Both the position numbers and the translations under genes were made by a program. DNA of 62,829 nt, counting the filler, from Phoronis australis (taxonomy: Eukaryota; Animalia; Phoronida), in assembly GCA_002633005.1 (NCBI GenBank). It is 11 parts of 11 records of this genome, joined end to end, with 100 filler letters (N's around TTAATTAATTAA, not from the genome) between each part and the next. Parts side by side here need not be neighbours in the genome. Positions count along the whole stretch, not along the records: positions 1 to 13,016 come from NMRA01001188.1; positions 13,117 to 21,297 come from NMRA01001926.1; positions 21,398 to 25,037 come from NMRA01002925.1; 8 more parts are not named here. One strand, 5' to 3'. Below the pieces are notes generated by a model. That model was not told the origin of the DNA, ran no database searches, and was given only the letters and a program-made list of their open reading frames with translations. The first letter of the stretch is position 1; each line of letters begins with the position of its first letter. Positions 10,301-23,060 of the stretch are shown in pieces.

Positions 10301-13016
10301 ACAAACTTATACAAAACTTTTGGCTTTTCAGCAGAATGTTTGATGGTCGTGTTATCGGTACCTTTGTTTTGCTTTCAATGATCGTTTCCCTGACTCAAAC
10401 GCATCGGATCGGCGTTGCTACAGCGCTTTACGAAACCAAGGGCAGCCTGTCACCCTATTGATCACACCGTTCAAAATCTGTGAACTGGAATGTTACACGA
10501 TAAGAATAAAGATTTTGGTTTGGAAAGTCCAATTAAGATAACAAAAATCCTATAATGAGCCTACGACAGTGAAGATACTATTTTTAGGCCAGATCGCTTA
10601 AAGATGCGGTTTCCGCTTCCGTTTCATTTAAAAACTTCATAAAACGGATTTTAATGCACATAGTCTAAGATTGAGCACAAATAATGCCCATTCAGTACAA
10701 CTACAATGCGTTTGGTCACTTAGCTGAATGAGATTATTTTGTTTTATATTTTATGTGTTAGGCGGTACACCACCACCAAAAATGGCTGCCGTATTTAGTG
10801 ACAGCTGACTCATGTATTATGCGTACTCACTCAACTGCAGCCGTATCAAATGAGGTTTCCGCTGACCTCGAACTCTTTAAAAAATTAATGGTAAAATAAG
10901 GCAATCATAAACAAGGCTGAAAGTTACGACGTTTACTATTTTCAGTTAGCGATATCTTTCGACTGATGAAACTGAAAACATTCCTTTTGTCTAATTCACA
11001 GATAGTGTTTAGTGACTTCTTCAAACTTCCACTTTAAATGGCGGTCTATCCTATTGTGTTTTCTGTACAATCCTATAGGGGCCGAATGTCTTGGTAGTAC
11101 TATGCTTTGCACGAATTGGTTTTGCATTGTTTTGAAGAATTTGGAATTTTTTCTTCTTCTCGTCATATTTAATGTACTGTGGTGGCAGATTGAGGAGGAA
11201 AGGAGCAACTTTTGCGGGCTGCCCGTCCGAGATAGGACCTGTCTGATAGGGTACATGTACGTCTTAATAATGAAAGGCTAAATATCATTAACTATGCACT
11301 TTCACGAAAACAAGAAAATAGAAGCAATAGATCCCCTCTCTCCATAAGTGCCATCTAAAAAAGTTATTGATAAAAACGCAAAAAGCGTACTGACCGCATG
11401 GATGTTATCAACGGACCCCCTCCAAGCGCTGGGCACCTAAAGGGTCGATCATTTCTAAAAAAACAGGGAATGAGTAGCAGTGATGCTATCTCATTTTTTA
11501 TCAAGTGATATACAAGGAGAAAGAAAATTTAAAGCCGATTGGCCACCAACCAGTGCTAGATTTACCTTAAGGCCCCTTGGCCAAGACATCTTTATTAGGA
11601 GACCTCAGATTTAAAAAATGCCGTGCTCACATGAAAACGCGCTCTCAGTCATACACAAGTCAAAGTCCGAGATATTTGCTATGCACAGATTTTGAAGTGG
11701 AAGCTGATTCAGATTTTTAGCTGAAGAAAAAAAGTTTTAGGGAATGCAAAACTTTATTTCCCCCAGGTACCCTCATAGGTAGGGGATAACTAAGTCGTCT
11801 GTCACTCCACTTTTTTCCACACACAAAAAGGCAAAAAGTGAACTCAAACGTCAGCCTGCTCGTGTCTGGATGTCAGATTTAAGTACAATAAAAAGATAAT
11901 CGAGCGCAGGCGTTTTCTCTTCTGATCGTCCAGAGAGTTGACCAGGTGTCTACTCCGGACGATCCAACACGACAATTAATGTTACACTCTTTTCCATTTT
12001 AGGGATTGTAGATCGTCATATAAATAAAATAGTAGGTTTTGGAGCTGGCCTAATGAATGGTCTCCATCGCTAACTTTTTTCTGTTTTATTTTTTCTGTTC
12101 TTTAACGAAAGATTCCCTAAAGATGGAATCAATAAAACGTTTCTTTCCCTATTTTAGGAAAATGGTGTAATCTGTTATGTCAAGGATGGTAACTGCCCGA
12201 CGAGGGAATCACTCTTTCTCAGTATTTTAAATGATATGCTTTTCGTATTAGAGTATTTGAGCAACCGGACTTTCTGACGGCCACTGGGTGAATCCTGTCT
12301 TGGAGGGTCGGCCTAGGGACGATTACACATTTGTACCGTATCAGTTCAGCACTGCCAGTCATTCATAAGGGCAAGTAGAAATTTCGAATTGATCATGAAA
12401 ACCGCAAGAACAAGTCCATGCGAAGCGTAGCAGCATCAGAACATGCGGCCCAAACAATAAAAAGGGTGAGACTATTGAAGAAACAGCACTTTTGACCGAA
12501 ATCGAAAAATAGAAACTTTTGACATTCTTTGTGAATTTCTCAAAACCAATAATCTGAGTGGTCAAAATACCGCTCCTTTTTCCCAAAGAATTTCGAGTAA
12601 ATTTTGGTACTTCCTGTCTTCTAGTGGAATTTTGTCTCATTTTCTACAGTAACTTTTTTCGGAATTCGGGCTTCTCTGACTGAGGCAGACCTTTTCCAGT
12701 TCTCCAAAAAGGGAGCTCGTAAGAGCACATAAGTATGAGAAGTCCAATACAAAATGTTATCATTTTTATTCATTAACCCAAAATGATTCAAACTTTTAAC
12801 ATAATAAGTAACTGAAAATGCACAATACTTTACAACATTTAGCATTACAAACACTATTCAACAGCAACAGTTTCCATGATATGAAAGTGGACATACATGT
12901 AACTATTACCATGGTGACGGAATAGTGTTTCCTTACACCAGAATTTGACAAGCATAATTTAAAAAATATGAAGTTGCAAGGAACAAGAATTAGAGGCTTG
13001 AAGCTTCACAATCCAA

Positions 13017-13116
13017 NNNNNNNNNNNNNNNNNNNNNNNNNNNNNNNNNNNNNNNNNNNNTTAATTAATTAANNNNNNNNNNNNNNNNNNNNNNNNNNNN
13101 NNNNNNNNNNNNNNNN
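13017..13116. other. Artificial contig linker N44-TTAATTAATTAA-N44; the same linker is at 21298, 25038, 28032, 31338, 34131, 48525, 52333, 54762 and 57796
   Basis: Identical 100-bp spacer with stops in all six frames, present 10 times. Confidence 0.98.
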
Positions 13117-13370
13117 TAGCAATTTTAATGTTTTATTTTAACTAAAACAAAGACAAACGTTCAGAAATCACCAGACTTATTATTTGTTGCGACTAATGGG
13201 TGCTTTCGACAAAAATTATTGTCAATCTATACGAAATGATTACTAAAGAACGCTATTAACCAAAAACCACGTCTTACTTTTGATGTAATTTAAATTTGGA
13301 TAACTGTCTGTGTATATAAAAGCACTGGACGTGGACCATCAGACTAGTGCCGAGAACGAGACCAATATTT

Positions 13371-13885
13371 CGGGGGTACCAGGGGGTTCATTTCTCATAA
13401 ATAGGGACGTGCCACATTTCACGACTGATTCCCTTCGAAACGTTGCCTATATTCTTACACAAGTCCCTTCGAAAGGGTGCCTTTTCTGGCAAAAATACCT
13501 CAAAGCTTTCACTTTGGGATTTCGAAGCCACACAATGTTTTCTTTTCTAACTACTCAAATCCACGGAAGGGTTTTTAATGTCAGCTAGTTTAAAAATTTT
13601 GCTGTAAAAGATGTACTCATTTTTTGACCCTGCTGCTACCGTTTCGGGCGCAATGCAAACATTCACCTGTCCAGTAATCGCTACCAAAAGGTTCCGTTTA
13701 AATGGAATAAATCCTTACATAAATATTGTGTTTCTGGAACAAATTCCTTCAAAATGGTGACTTTTGTCATGGATACTAGCTACAGATGGGTCCAACTTTT
13801 CACGTCCTTCCCCTTTTCGAAGTGAGCTGGCATCTTAATCTTTCAGCTGCACCCCCGTCAAAAATTTAGTTGAGTACTTCCAGGG
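13371..13885. mobile_element. MITE-like element with G-rich/C-rich ends (a related element lies at ~42090-42370)
   Basis: ggggtaccagggggttca...gggacgtgcc start and gcacccccgtcaaaaatttagttgagtacttccagggg end resemble the inverted ccgggggtgctcgagtatttttggacaaggggtgcc at 42091. Confidence 0.4.
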
Positions 13886-15300
13886 GAAATGGTGTGACGC
13901 TGCATATTCAAAAGTTGAGGAGTCTGGAACCGAGAAAATACAGGATCCACCGAGACTGAATACCCACTGCCACCCAGTTCTGGTAATGAAACTGCAATCA
14001 TTTCTCCATCGCCATGGTAAATCTAACAGCTCAAGGTATTTTACACAGATAACAGATCAGATGCCGAAGCCGTAAAGACCGGACAACTATACTGAGATTA
14101 GACTGGCCCCCTAGGTTAACAGGGGCCACACTGACGGTCAACTAGAGTCCGGCGTTCCGACACCCGGGAGGGGCACTCAGTCACAGTGGCGCCAGGATCT
14201 ACGTTTTCAGCAAGGGGGGAGTTTAGGATTCCCGCCAAGGTCGAATCCTAGGCGCGTGGAGCCGAGCGTGAGGAGGTCGGGAGGGGGGTTTCCCCTCCCA
14301 TGTAAGATTTTTTTTTGTTTTTGTAGCCAAATAGTGAAATTTCCATGCATCCTGGTAAGTTTCTGGCACTTAACATGTCTTTGGAGTTTTTCTTAAAGAT
14401 AATTAAAAACCCTTCTCGATTTCGTCACATGAACTTGGCACATAAGTTTCGTGAAACCATATTGTGCACATCTGGGTATGAGTCACGCCACCAGCAAAAA
14501 TTTTTGTTGGAACATCTGCTTACACACACCTTTTTTAGCATACGAAAAGTCGTATACGAAAAAGTGGGGTGTGTATACAGGGGTTTAGACAATTTCCAAA
14601 TATTCAAGAGCATAATTAAGGAGCACCGACGGGGCTTAAAAACTTGAATATCAGATTATCGCGTAACAGTAGCCTCAAGTTGTTTAAAAACGAAGACCTG
14701 TACTGTTAGTCCGGAAATAAACATGTGTTTTGTCTCGTTGCGAGAAAAACTGGCGAACGATGGTGCTCTCAACTCATAATCTATTATTAAAAGTGACAAT
14801 GAATAATTAGGTATCCCTTTATTAAGCTGAATCACGTTGACAACAATTGAAAAACGTCAAATCTATCAGGAAACAAATTATCTGAAAACAGTTTCACGAA
14901 ACCAAAACATCTTGTGCACAGTGGTGAAACGATACACTGGACTAGTTTGCAGAGGGACCAGATGTACACTGAGAGTACACAAAAAGCTGACCTGGTCCGT
15001 CACGAGATCAAGAGTACACCTGTGCTTCTTATCCCTATAAAAATAGTCGATCTAGTGTCGCGGGACCAAACAGTACTGGCTGAGATATATAGTTTTACAA
15101 AGCACACTTTGGTAAAAAAAATCACAAGACTAGTCGCCGAGGGACCAGAAGTACACTGAAACTCAACATCAACACAAATCAAGCTGGCCTGGTCCGTCGT
15201 GAGACCTAAAGTGTACTATGCAAAAATTTTTGAATTGAAAACTTCTCTCTAAAATTTTAATCCCCAGTGGTTACTCATACGTTAGTCCTATCCTTCTGTT

Positions 15301-15835
15301 GTCTAGACTACTGAGGAATTTGTTTATCGGATCCAAAGATTTGCTTGTCTTGGAACCATTCGACCCAGATATCTTCGATGTTTGTTCCCAACGCTTGCAC
15401 TTCGTCAACCGCTCTGTCAATGAGCTTGTAAGCCTCTACAATGTCAGCATCTCGTTTCGCTGCTCTGTTGACACTAAGACCCTTGAGGTTCCCAAGTCCA
15501 TTCAAAAGACTTACATGCGCAACTAAATTTGATCCGTTCATCATGGACTACTTCAAACCTTGACGAANGTCTAGACTGCCGAGGAATTTGTATACCGGAT
15601 CCAATGATTTGCTCGTCTTGGAACCATGCTACCCAGATATCTTCAATGTTTGTTCCCAACACTTGCACTTCGTCAACTGCTGTGTCAATGAGCTTGTAAG
15701 CCTCTACAATGTCAGCATCTCGTTTCGCAGCTCAGTTGACACTAAGACTCTCGAGGTTGCCAAGTCCATTCAAAAGATTTACATGCGCAACTAAATTTGA
15801 TCCGTTCATCATGGACTACTTCAAACCTTGACGAA
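15301..15835. repeat. 268-bp tandem duplication split by a single N (probable allelic/overlap artefact)
   Basis: 15301-15567 resembles 15569-15835 with scattered substitutions; n at 15568. Confidence 0.85.
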
Positions 15836-16263
15836 GCATCCCAGGACCTATTTGCATCTCTTGCAATTTTCGAAATAAACGTCCCAATGTCTGAACGCTT
15901 GAAACCCGAAGTACTAATATCAAATAAATGTCCATGGGCACGAGCGTTTCATCGGGTGAGTCTTTGTGCGAAAATTCCCAGTATAGAAGACGGCAGTGTG
16001 CTTATTGCAGGTAGACAGACAGGAGGCTTATTGAACATCGCACGAGTCCCGCAAGACTTTGTTGTGAAAGAACAGCCTCCCCGCAATTTCTGGTACTGTA
16101 CAGTTTTCGCGAATGCAGTCACTTTCTCAATGTGAGTGCCCCCTTGGTCATTCCTTATACTGTACAGACATAACTTGTTACAGAGTATGTCTTCAAACGG
16201 ACTCGCGACCAGACCACGGCGCCCGCCACAATAGCAATTCTTCGGAAAAAGAATTTTTTTCAA
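15308..16263 (-). pseudogene. hAT transposase pseudogene fragment (ZMYM1/THAP12-like lineage)
   Basis: Minus-strand peptides CYCGG...SIRN...IEKVTAF, LTR*NAR (TRW motif with a stop), LKGLSV...KRDADIVEAYKLID...IEDIWVEWF; stops and frameshifts. Confidence 0.7.
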
Positions 16264-16814
16264 AAATATTACATGTACATGTACACAATATTACATGTAC
16301 ATGTACACTGTAAGATATTGCGCAAGACAACTTTACTATACATCAGTTACAAACGTGTGGAGTGTAATAGAACGACACGGCATGACAGATGAGGTAAAAA
16401 TGTTGCACGTCAATTCGCCTGAATATCAGGGTTGCGTCACCGCAGTATTTCCCCTAATCATATCAAAATATATCTTAGAGTTACCAAAAGAAATCAGCTA
16501 TAGAACTGCTCTTTCAGCGGTGAATCCATCTAAAATGCTTGGCTACTTCAGAAGTGTCGACGGAAGCGCGCGCACAATTAACCCTCGCGCGTTTTGCCGA
16601 TGAGCCACAAAGACTCCGCAATTCACAATGCAAAAAACTATATTTTCAGATTGAACCCCCCCTCAATTTTTCCAAGTTGGTTTACTTGGGGTTTACACAC
16701 GCTGGCGGTGCCCTTTTTGTTTTGCTGGATACGCTTTTTTTTTTTTTTAATTTTTGGGTCCTGGCCCGAGGGGGGGGGTTTAAACCCCCTGAACCCCCCG
16801 TAGATCCGCCACTG

Positions 16815-17000
16815 CTAAGTAATGATTAACCTTGTCAAAGGCTTTACTGAAATCTATTTTAAGACCATCTACACTATTCCCTTTTTCAACATACTTACTA
16901 ATCTCATCAATGAAGCCCAGCAGTTGGGTTTCACAAGACATTTTTGAACGGAATCAATGATGTTCTGGGCATGTAATGCTATTTGATTCACAGTGGTCTA
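16815..17000 (-). mobile_element. CR1-type LINE reverse transcriptase fragment
   Basis: Minus strand FRSKMSCETQLLGFIDEISKYVEKGNSVDGLKIDFSKAFDKVNH. Confidence 0.85.
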
Positions 17001-17273
17001 ACTGTACTGACAAATAATACTCCCTGAAATGAACATTCTTCATATACTACTAGTACCGTATTCGTATTCACCCTACTAAGTGCCCGGGCGCTTAGAAAAA
17101 TTAGTCTCCAAAACAGGTGAAATCGGAAGCTAAGATTCATCAAATTTACGAGCTGTGATGTATCTGTAACCTATGACGGACTTTCTACAAAACTGCGGTG
17201 CATTGCTATCAAACTTCATTGATAAATTATGATCATTTCACAGAAAATTGAGCTGAAATCCCAGGGTCAGAAC

Positions 17274-17752
17274 CAGGTCTTTATCCAGGATTTCGAAAAT
17301 AGGGTGTTCAAATGGGGTTCCAGTACTCTAGGGCGTCCATGATTCCGACGCGTAACCCCTCACCCCCAGCAATCCCCCCAAACACACAGATTTTCTTAAC
17401 AAAAAATGCATAGACCAAGGTTTTTACATCTAAGTTTACAAAACATCCTTCAGTAGAGAGCATTTTTCTAAAAAAAACTGTATAGACCAAGACTTTTACA
17501 ATGCTATCAACCAAGTGTGAGCATAGCAACATTGTATATACTTTGTATATTTCTTCCTGCTTTGAAAAAAAGAGCCACCACTGTGAGTCTTCATAGGCTT
17601 CCTAGTAATCATTACAATGTGTGTGTCCAAACTTGAAAGGTTCCTATTGATAGTGGGCGTCCAAATGATACATTGGGGTCCTTGCCAACACGTCCATATC
17701 AGTGCTAGGGTGTCCATTTGGATGCCCAGGACATACGCTGCATAAAGGCCTG
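17274..17752. mobile_element. hAT MITE with a perfect 8-bp TSD
   Basis: TSD GTCAGAAC at 17266-17273 and 17753-17760; TIR caggtctttat / ataaaggcctg. Confidence 0.9.
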
Positions 17753-18095
17753 GTCAGAACTCGCCGATGCGTCACTGCCTCGCAATTGTCGATATGGCAA
17801 CTTGAATAAAGACATTTTCGACTCAACAAATTACCTGAACTCGTTACTTATGTTTTCCAAATAGCAACTCTGTGATTTTTAAGTTCTTGAGGAGACAGAA
17901 TTGACAGCGGATGGTAAGTCCAAATCTACGAAGATTGTACTCCACAACACAAGAAAAATCTCTGAATGAACACCTTGGAAAACGCGTTGTCACGCGACGT
18001 TTGTTTTGACTCAAATGTAGCATGCGCTTCCTGGCTATGTGCTTTTAACGCCAATCTTTTTATTCATGAGATAGTCATCAGCTGAATGATATGCT

Positions 18096-18362
18096 TTGAG
18101 TACCAGCCTTCGATTCAGTTTTCACGGGTACAAAGAAATTTGGAATCCTGTTGAGAGAGGATTGGATACTGTATGTGAGAGATTCAATGCTATTGACAAG
18201 TACGCTCAATGTATTCTAGAAGGCCACACCATAGTGGGACACGTTCCTCGCGAGATTAGCAAAACTGTTGCATTCTTTTTGAAGCACAGCAGAAGTTTTA
18301 AGTGTATAGTCATAGCTAAATACAGACACAACGGCGAGGCTGATTGCCTAGAAATTCCGTGA
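18096..18362 (+). pseudogene. HIRAN-like domain remnant
   Basis: FHGYKEIWNP...CER.NAIDKYA...IVGHVPREIS...FFL...CIV...LEIP resembles the HIRAN pattern (NxxDxxA...GHVP); no ATG start, ends in a stop. Confidence 0.65.
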
Positions 18363-18449
18363 AATTTTAGGACTGTTGGATCTTGTAGATAAATTGAAGA
18401 TGTTACTGTAGAATTTTAGGACTGAAGGTTTAGCCATTTTTTGCATGTA

Positions 18450-19045
18450 CCGTCAGAGGTCCTAAAGTCGTGAGTGCCCTAAAGTCGTGAACGATCTTTT
18501 TTTCTCTTCTGCGCAGTCCCGCGACATCTGGCGTTGAATTTTTCAGCATTCGTCTGCTTACAAATGTCAAACGAATACCTGGACGTGTTGATATTCACAA
18601 TATGATAACAAACAGAGAGTGAGTGGCTTCTTTTTCAAATTTATCTTTAAAATAGCATATTTCAATAATCCACTTTTTTGTGCAATTTTGGGATATATTT
18701 TCAAAACTATTCATGGTTCAGATTTACTCAAACACACGCTCCATCCCTACCTTGAACAATGTATCAAAATGTCCCAGGGTAAAGTTTTGTAAGGCCAAAG
18801 CAATAAAATACAGAGAGATAATTGATGCTGGGTCCTTAGCATTTTACGTGAACAACCTCATTGAAAACCTCTGTGCACATCATAGTTGGGTGCAAAAGAC
18901 AATTTATTTCAATTGAAACCGAACTAATAAACAATGCAATGCGTTTTTATGTTGTCTAGAGCAACTGTAAGCACTGTAGTTGATTTGTGTGGTTTTTACT
19001 TCGTGTATTTCTGTCTAAACGAAATGGTCACGACTTTAGGGCCTC
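18450..19045. mobile_element. pogo-like MITE fragment
   Basis: TA|CCGTC...cctaaagtcgtga x2, with the inverted tcacgactttagg near 19030. Confidence 0.45.
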
Positions 19046-19167
19046 ATTCAAAATGGTCGGTGGTATCAGCGACCGTTTCAAAACTCTGCTTGCGGAGAAA
19101 AAAAGGATTAAGATTTTCAAAACACGTATATTTGTGAAGGCTGATATATGTCCATGACATCACATGA

Positions 19168-20135
19168 CAGTGGCGGATCTACGATATCACAAGGGGGGGG
19201 CCCAACATTTTTTTCTGTAAGCATTTGTGCAAACCACGATTGCAGATGCGCATAGCACCAAATGGGGGGAGGTCGGGAGGGGGGTTTGCCCAGGAAAATA
19301 TTCTGTTTTTTCCTCTAAAAATCAAGCATTTTCCTTGATTCCTGAAGTATTATCAAAGAAAAAAAGGCAAAAAAAAACAAGAAAAGGAAAACGTGTCAAA
19401 CACGAAAAATTTAAGGACCACAGACTCGAACTCACGACCTGCCGGATAGAGCACGCATGCTTTACCACTACAACACCACGATTTATCTCCTAACTTGATG
19501 CTAAGAGACCTACTTGTTTATGGTCCATAGCGTTTGCGCGCGAAACCTACTTCCTTTTGTAATGCTTATTACACGTTTTATATTTTGTGCACTCGGTTCG
19601 TAATAAATTTGTTGTATTTAAAATAGTCTTCAAATGCCCAAAAGACCAACTCTGCTTTGGAAATCGTCTTAAGTTAAGGTTTGACAAAGAGAGAATTATG
19701 AGTTTCTGAGTAATTCACTAAGGCTTCGATTAAAATTCACATTTTACCAGCAGCTTCTGTTTTTTCATTGTCACTCAGGATCCATTTTCTTTAAAAAATT
19801 AAGTAAATTTTCTTCATTGCACAGAGGAGCAGACGATGGAAACAGAGTCGTAGTGCGCAGCGCCACTGCAGGTCGCCTGGGATATCGCGGGAGAGCCTAT
19901 ACTTAGCCATAGTTCCATTACGATTGCGCCGTGTTCCGAATTTGACACTTCAAATTAGATCTGAGTCCCCCCCCCCCCCAACACTAAAACTGCACACATT
20001 TAAATCTTGTTACATCCGTGTAATTTAATTACCTGGGTTAATTCATAAACTCAACATTGCTGTTTTATTTTTTTTACGGCAGCCGAGGGGGGCCCGGGCC
20101 CCCTGGGCCCCAACCCTCCCTACATCCGCCTATTG
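19168..20135 (+). mobile_element. hAT-type MITE (cagtggcggatct..gatatcacaagggggg family) with an internal antisense tRNA-like segment
   Basis: First ~480 bp homologous to 59185-59614, 59616-60106 (inverted) and 60307-60741; possible right end tacatccgcctattg; no TSD found. Confidence 0.75.
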
Positions 20136-20177
20136 GGCAGTTGCTAACGGATATTGGGTAGTATGACAATCACAGGC

Positions 20178-20320
20178 ACAGGTACCTGGCACTGGTCGCA
20201 TAAAGCGGTCCCGGCCTCAGAGAACCAGGCAGTCACTAAATAACGGGCCCATTACTTAGTGGATAAAACTGGTTCTCTAAATCAGGGACCGCTATATCCG
20301 ACCAGTGCCCAGGCACCTGT
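20178..20320. mobile_element. Fully palindromic ~143-bp hairpin element
   Basis: acaggtacctggcactggtcgcataaagcggtccc...agagaaccag...cactaa|ttagtg...ctggttctct...gggaccgctatatccgaccagtgcccaggcacctgt. Confidence 0.8.
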
Positions 20321-22139
20321 CCTCATCACAGGCGTCCTCAGCTTCTGATCGTCCCCAATACACTACATATAATACTACAAGGTATGACACTTCGGACTTG
20401 AAATTCCACGGGTGCTTCACTTCAGCCGTCCATAGCAAACATAAAACTCAATAAATTTACACAAAACAGGGGTTCAACAAACCNGGTGCACCGCCAATGA
20501 CAGTGGCTGATGGAAGTGTCTGTGGTGGTAGTAGGAGTAGTAGGACTACCCTAGAAACGTCCTACTACATGCTACAACGTTACAGTTAGTGAGTTAGTTA
20601 CAACGATTATTACCTTGACACCGCCCCAACAGCAACGGGTTCGAACCATTTGTTCCGGAATGAATGCAATAATTACCTCAATTGAAACAAAGCTTTATAC
20701 TTTGAGCCTTCATGTAAACAGGTAAACATGCCATTAAAACAAATAGGCGAGACTTGAAACGAGGAAATCCCACCACAGCAACGGCTGACTAAATGCTTAT
20801 CTCAATCAATAAAATGGAGTTAGCCAAAAAAGTTGAAATGTCACTGTATTTCATAAAGTGAACCTGTTTACCTTAATGCATAAAACTATCAGTTATTTCC
20901 TGTATATATAGTTTAGATGGCGATGAATCGATAAAGTTTTTGATAATGGAACAAACACATAATACGAAAAATAATTTTGAAATCAGATAACAACGCACAT
21001 TGAAGTTTCCGCTTCCGTGGCAGCTGGTTGGAAATTGGAAACGTTCTCGTTTCTTGCAGATTTTTTGCTCGGCTGCAGATTGGCATTTGTTGAAAAGCGC
21101 TTGAGAGTTCTTGAGCTACACTTCATTCTTCATAACTTGTTGTAAGTGTAAAACCTGTCATGGCGAGGATGGCTGACAAAGCTGAGTGAAAGCTGTACCG
21201 TACGGCGACCATCGGCATCGCCTCTGTTGGCCCGAAGCAGAGGCGATGTAGAGGCTATAGGCTCTCTGTACGCCCGAAGCTTTTCGGCGAATTATGCNNN
21301 NNNNNNNNNNNNNNNNNNNNNNNNNNNNNNNNNNNNNNNNNTTAATTAATTAANNNNNNNNNNNNNNNNNNNNNNNNNNNNNNNNNNNNNNNNNNNNCGC
21401 AGTTTAAGGGAATCATTTGTCTCATTTGTTTGTATTGGATGAGTGTATTAAAGTGAAAGTTAATGCTGTGGGCATTTAGCTTGAGGTAGGCATTTACTCG
21501 GACAAATGTGGTACTAAGCAAGAAATTGGTTGTTCACTAGAAGTAGTGTTTGCTTATTATAGTAACAAGTAACTTGTCCTGGTTGTAATGTCTGTTGTGT
21601 TGCAGTAACCAGTTGACATTTACAATATGAGTTAAGGAACATTGGCTGCTCTTGATTGACTTTGCTGGTACTGTCAGGTCAACCAGAAATTATCTTCGAG
21701 AACCAGTCAGACTTCTTAGGCGATTGACCTGCCAGAACCGGCGAAGTCAACCAAGTGCAGCCATTGAATCACTAACAAAAATTGAACAAATTAAAGTCTT
21801 TTTCGGAACACTTATCCATTGTCGTATATCCAATACAGTTTTGGTCATGTAGTAGATTTTGCGAGCATTACTATAAATTTGACTAAGGTAGGGTTACATC
21901 AACACTTTTCAGTTTGGATTGTTTCATTGTATCTAAAGCTGTGTTCAACAATGATGATCTGAAGTTTGATAATGTGATGTCGTTTATATGTTGTTCACAG
22001 TTTGAATTTCATGCACTTGTGATCAGGAGTGTATTCAGGCACACCAAACTGATTCTAAAATAATCATTGATAAATTTTATCGTTATTAAAGGATATTTTA
22101 AGTGAAGAAACTATGAATCATACGATACTGTTGTCACAG

Positions 22140-22421
22140 GAATCCACTGGGCAGCCATGTTTGTTTGGATCACCCTTCAAAAGACAGACTTTTGTGGCAC
22201 GTGGCTGACCGAGCGACTTTACAACGTCGTTGTTGCTGTTATCTACTGCTTCATTTTCTTCAATGTGAGCGATGGACGCACAAGGTGGCGTGTCGTTGGA
22301 TTCTACGCAGCCATGCTTGTTGAGAACACAGTACTGTTGGTAGCGTGGCTGGCTGCAGCCAATCCAGCACCATGGAAGATGTGGTGCACAGTCGCTGGAG
22401 TCTACGGCTCATTCGTCCTAG
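22140..22421 (+). CDS. XK-related protein (XKR4/6/7-like scramblase), internal exon
   Basis: ttgtcacag| acceptor, |gtgagt donor; HWAAMFVWI...TDFC...YCFIFFNVSDGRTRWR...YAAMLVENT matches the XK family. Confidence 0.92.
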
Positions 22422-22998
22422 GTGAGTCATGACTGAAGAATTTTTTTATATTGTTTTTATGGAGTGACTACGACAGTACAAGCTGCCACTGCCTCTTTTA
22501 GGATAACTATCCACAATCTTGTGCATGAGTTTGGTCCAAACATTTCATGACCAGATTTAATGCTTTTAGTGCTTCCTGGCCTTCACTCCAATTATGCTGC
22601 ATTAAACATTTTTTCGTAATAAACATATTTTAAAAAATCATTTTGTGAATGTGTCGTACAGTAGCCTATACTGACAACTAAAACAACATGGTTTTGTATA
22701 AAACTTCAGATGAGGCAGATTGGTCCTGTTTGAAATCTGCATAATCTTGTATTTGTGTCTATGCCAAGCTTGGAACATTGGTTGACTGAGTTCTTGGAGT
22801 ATTGATTTAAATGACTTTGGTGTGATTTGGAATGTAACTTATTACTGAAAAAGATTTGTAATTCAGTTTCATAAGAATAACGGTATTTGTCATTAATTTG
22901 AAATATATAATTATATGAAATTTATCTAAAATAGGGAATGAATCTATATGGTGATATCATGTTACTAACTGCTAAATGTAAATTTTCCTCTTTTCCAG

Positions 22999-23060
22999 GC
23001 TTGATCTGTATGTTACTTTACTACAGATTTTGTCACCCAAGCACGGACACTAAAACAAAG
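22999..23060 (+). CDS. XK-related protein, next exon
   Basis: ttttccag| ... |gtatgt; phase-compatible; GLICMLLYYRFCHP is the conserved XK MLLYY..LHP motif. Confidence 0.9.

Larger units (their letters stand above)
14184..16814 (-). mobile_element. Degraded hAT DNA transposon with transposase remnant
   Basis: Ends cagtggcg(cca)ggatcta / tagatccgccactg; flanks ctcagtca vs ctaagtaa (6/8 match); internal transposase-like peptides. Confidence 0.6.
17056..18447 (+). mobile_element. Tc1/mariner-pogo-type element (left TIR only) carrying a HIRAN-like ORF remnant
   Basis: TA|CCGTATT...taagtgcccgggcgctta terminus; interrupted by a hAT MITE; right end not identified. Confidence 0.45.

Noticed and set aside
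20610-20655. Minus-strand MVRTRCCWGGVK|gt, possibly a THAP-like first exon
   Set aside because: Too short, and no downstream THAP residues could be confirmed
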